DNA of 9,443 nucleotides, filler included, from an uncultured virus (IMG/VR IMGVR_UViG_2061766007_001501) (Duplodnaviria; Heunggongvirae; Uroviricota; Caudoviricetes). It is 3 parts of one record of this genome, joined end to end, with 100 filler letters (N's around TTAATTAATTAA, not from the genome) between each part and the next. Parts side by side here need not be neighbours in the genome. Positions count along the whole stretch, not along the records: positions 631 to 8,439 come from IMGVR_UViG_2061766007_001501; positions 8,540 to 9,443 come from IMGVR_UViG_2061766007_001501; 1 more part is not named here. One strand, 5' to 3'. The notes under the pieces were generated by a model. That model ran no database searches. It was not told the DNA's origin and was given only the letters and a program-made list of their open reading frames with translations. Every line of letters starts with the position of its first letter. The stretch's first letter is position 1. Position numbers and translations under genes: made by a program. This document shows positions 6,317 through 9,443 of the stretch, piece by piece.

Positions 6317-8439
6317 CCAGAGTTCCGCGCTCCGTTCATTAAACCGCCCAAATTCCGCGCTCGGCCGCACCTCGACCACGCTGCTCTTTTCCAGCAGCCT
6401 GCGCAGGTAATCGTTCTGGACCCGGAGCAGGGCGTTCTGTTCCGCCTGGCCCTGCTCCACGCCGCGCGTGATTCCGCTCACAATCTGCTGGTTGTTCGCC
6501 ACCACCGGCTGGTTGCCCATCCGGCCCATCATCTCAAACTGCCCGTTCTCGTTGGCCACTACCAGGTCGCCGGAACGGACGGGACCGCCGGAGGCGCGGT
6601 GTTGCAATCCGCGGTACAGGCTCTCCATGGTCGCAGGATTCCGTGTGGAAACCTGGATCGAACTTGTGTAATACGAAAGTCCGGACAGCATCGACTGGAT
6701 GTTCAGCACAGCCCGCCTTGTCGCGTCCTCCATGCTGAACAGAGAATCAGCAAACGCGCTGATGTCCATCGCCGGAACCGCCACCGGCTCCGTCGCGCTC
6801 TGGTCGATGTCGTACTCCAGATCCAGGTCGATTCCGCTGTCCGATGTGCCGATGCCACCAACAAGGGAACTGATAAGATCGTCCGGAATCCCGGCTCCAA
6901 CATCTGTGTCTTCCACAACAGGCTCAACGGTAACCGGAAGCTCTACGCCCTGGTCATAATCCGGGATCAGGTATCTGATAACTTCCTCTGCCGTTTCCGG
7001 ATCGAAAAGATTCCTGATGTAATCGAGAAGGGCGTTCTGGTTTGTGGTATCCAGATCGCTGAAGAAAAAGTCGAACGGGTTCAGGCCGAGCCCTTTGATG
7101 TATCTCCCAAGGTCGGCGTTAAACTCCCCTTCTATCGCCGATGCAAACTGTTCACGGAGATAGCCTGCCGCCTGTTTTGCGTTCATGCCACGCAGTTCGG
7201 TGACATCGAAACCTGTAAATACAAGCGGATTAAACACACCCGACATATCCTTGACATTGCGCCATTTCGACGATAGAAATTCGGCAACCCCGTCGTACTT
7301 ATTGGCAAGGAATTCGGTCATCATTTCAACCGCCGGGGCAGCCGCGCGTTCCACCTCGTCGTTGACGGCTTCCGCCATATGCTCTCCCATGTACTTGTAG
7401 CTTGCGACGGCCGCCTTTGTTTCCTTGTTGACCATTCCCGGGTCGATTTCAAGCAGCGCGGCGACAAGCTCACCCTGAAGCGTGTATTGTTCGTTTACCC
7501 ACTGTTGGTATTTCGCTCTCAGGTCATCCTTGTAGGTCGTAAATGCCGACACCATGTCCTCAAAGGACGCCTGGCTGATATCCCCCAGGTTAAACATGAA
7601 ACGTCCGTACGCTTCGGAATTGATCCGTCCCCGCGTAATTGCTGTTGTGACGTTTTGAAGCTGTTGCATAAGTGTTGCGATTGTAACGGTTTCACCGTCA
7701 ACAATTGCTTCGTTTTCGCCTTTGACCAGCATTTCGCCGATGATTTTACCTTTTCTCCGGGCGTACTCATTGACCATTTCCCAGCCGGATGTATAGCTTC
7801 CGAACCACTGCCCCTGTTCGTCTTCCGTGCCCCCGACCAGTTTCGGCGTAAACGCAAGCGTAAGTTTTCCGGCTGCCTTGGCTTCCGCGACATAGTCCTC
7901 AATCGTTCCGATCAGGCCCTTCGCTCCGGTGCTTTCGTCGCCAAGGATGTCTGTCCTGAGTTGGGCGTAATCCTGGTCAGACGCGACGCCGAGCCGGATC
8001 ACTTCAAACGTTCCGAGCGCGTTGGCCAGTTGCGTTTCAATCGCTTCACGCTTCGAAACAATCACACCTGTCTTTTCGCCGAGAACCTTAATGGTCACAG
8101 GCACGTTGATTACAAACATTTCCTGCGTGACAAACGCTTCGATTTGTTCGCTTGTCAGCTTTTCCGTGCCCCACTGGATTCCGTTGTTCTTAACAACGTT
8201 CAGAAGCGCAACAACCCCAACGGTGGCCGCAAACGCAAGTCCCGTAGCAAGCGTAACAACACCTCCGGCTGTCAGGGCGGCCGCAGCTCCTGCCCCGGCC
8301 GCAAGCTCAAAGAGCGTTACACCGGCCCCGGCAATTCCGGCACCGATCAAAAGCTCCTTGATTCTTTCCAACGACAGTTCGCCCGTATCCGCGTAAGTTG
8401 CGATGGCCTTGATGCCGATAGCCACGCCAATCCCAATCG
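6317..8439 (-). CDS. Tape measure protein, C-terminal ~700 aa (5' part lost at linker; stop probably inside gap 6293-6316)
   Basis: Long helical ORF with a Gly/Ala hydrophobic stretch (LLIGAGIAGAGVTLF...VGVVALL) and the characteristic TMP C-terminal motif ASGG..GDLVVANENG..EMMGRMGNQPVVANNQQIVSGITRGV. Located between the chaperones and Dit. The frame is open up to the gap at 8440. Confidence 0.88.
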
Positions 8440-8539
8440 NNNNNNNNNNNNNNNNNNNNNNNNNNNNNNNNNNNNNNNNNNNNTTAATTAATTAANNNNN
8501 NNNNNNNNNNNNNNNNNNNNNNNNNNNNNNNNNNNNNNN
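8440..8539. other. Artificial 100-bp contig linker (44 N + TTAATTAATTAA + 44 N)
   Basis: TTAATTAATTAA at 8484-8495; same structure as 531-630. Confidence 0.95.
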
Positions 8540-8928
8540 ATCGCCTGAGCCAGCATCTGCTGATTCTCCTGCGTTTTCCTTTCGGTCTCTTCCCGTTTGC
8601 GCTCTTCCGCCTGCGCGGTCATCGGCTTTTCAGGATATTCGAGCATCCTGTGCCCTTTCGGAACAAATCCGTTGACCGCGATGGGTACGCTGGCTAACGC
8701 GTATCGGACATATTCTCCCATCCGCCATGCGTTCCGGTCCGCGATCCGGTCCTGGTTTTCCAGCCGTATCCGGTATGCTTCCCGGTAGCTTCGCGCAAGC
8801 CACGGTTCACCGTCCCAGAACTCCTCCGCGCTCATGCCGATGGCCAGATAATGCGGAAAGACCTCCCGGAATATCCTTGAATGCGTGAACTTCTCCTCTG
8901 GCTTTTCTTCCGTCAGCCGATGGTCCAC
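8540..8928 (-). CDS. Tail assembly chaperone, downstream (gpT-like) reading frame; 3' end in gap
   Basis: FPHYLAIGMSAEEFWDGEPWL..YREA..NAWRMGEYV..YPEKP is typical of the ORF just before TMPs. It overlaps the upstream chaperone in the -1 frame. The GTG at 8928 has no convincing SD. Confidence 0.75.
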
Positions 8929-9281
8929 GTAGGGTTTTCTTCGTCGTTTTCCTCTTCGTCCAGCAGCTCTCCGAGCGGTTTCATGTACAGGCTGTACAGA
9001 TAAGCGACCAGCTTGCCCTTCCCGCGCTGGAATTTCCAGATCTTGTCGATCTTCTCCGGCATCATGCCCTTGTGGTGCATCCGGAACGCTCCGCGGAACA
9101 AAGTCGTGATCGTGGTGTTCGGCTTGTTGTCCATGTCGAACACAAAGCCTTCGCGTTCCATTGCTTCGGAAATGCGCCGGTTGAATTGCAGACGGTACTT
9201 TCTGCCGTCTTCGTCCTGAATGTCGATGTAGTTGATCTCCGGTTCCTTCTCGGCCGGAATGACCGCCGCGTTTTCCACGGC
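8913..9281 (-). CDS. Tail assembly chaperone (gpG-like), DUF5055-like; start in or next to gap 9282-9291
   Basis: YRLQFNRR..MEREGF..KP..LFRGAFRMHH..IDKIW..LY.KP..LL..EENPTW resembles DUF5055 as recalled. Canonical position two ORFs before the TMP. TGA at 8913-8915. Confidence 0.78.
   Translation of the reverse strand, partial: AVENAAVIPAEKEPEINYIDIQDEDGRKYRLQFNRRISEAMEREGFVFDMDNKPNTTITTLFRGAFRMHHKGMMPEKIDKIWKFQRGKGKLVAYLYSLYMKPLGELLDEEENDEENPTWTIG
8931..8937 (-). promoter_or_regulatory. Candidate -1 programmed ribosomal frameshift heptamer A AAC CCT
   Basis: XXXYYYZ pattern in the correct phase (gaA AAC CCT acg), five sense codons before the gpG stop. A -1 slip reads AAA CCC TAC GTG GAC, in frame with the gpT-like ORF. 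Confidence 0.65.
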
Positions 9282-9291
9282 NNNNNNNNNN

Positions 9292-9443
9292 TCGTCGTTA
9301 ATGCGTTTGATTCCGGTTGCCACCGTGCCAAGTTTAATCCCGCTGGTCGCTTCCTTCATTTCCTTGAGTTTGGCAACGAGTTTGTTGAGACCCTCAGCCG
9401 CTTTTGCGGAATCATCGTGAATCTGTAAATTCAGGATACCTAC
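9292..9443 (-). CDS. Fragment resembling the extreme N-terminus of a tape measure protein (partial at both ends)
   Basis: Open frame from the window edge: VGILNLQIHDDSAKAAEGLNKLVAKLKEMKEATSGIKLGTVATGIKRIND. A short beta strand (LxLQI) followed by an amphipathic helix is typical of TMP N-termini and unlike a chaperone or major tail protein end. Confidence 0.6.

Noticed and set aside
7379..8491. Long plus-strand ORFs (370 aa here; also 117..335, 2202..2774, 4324..4830, 4877..5542, 6599..7276 and the N-filled ORFs at 3055-4029)
   Set aside because: They are antisense shadows of coherent minus-strand genes or read through Ns, and show no recognisable motifs.

Overview
This window is a gapped scaffold carrying the tail module of a long-tailed (siphovirus-type) phage or prophage. 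All real genes are on the minus strand, with strong GGAGG/AGGTG ribosome-binding sites that suggest a Bacillota-type host (inference). In transcription order (right to left) it holds: a probably misplaced tape-measure N-terminal fragment; a tail assembly chaperone pair (G/T) with a candidate -1 slippery site; the tape measure protein; a distal-tail-like protein; a long tail-tip/fibre gene broken by N-gaps and carrying 22-aa tandem repeats; a 79-aa hypothetical; a soluble GT2 glycosyltransferase; and two tandem BppU-like baseplate/fibre paralogues. After an artificial contig linker there is an AT-rich receptor-binding-head-like C-terminal fragment that the ORF track missed, and the start of a further gene. 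The most interesting observation is an apparently intact GT2 enzyme overlapping structural tail genes on both sides, a candidate virion/tail glycosylation system. Many boundaries are uncertain because of N-gaps, and two 100-bp N/TTAATTAATTAA/N linkers mean adjacency across them is unproven. Family assignments come from recalled motifs, not from database searches.
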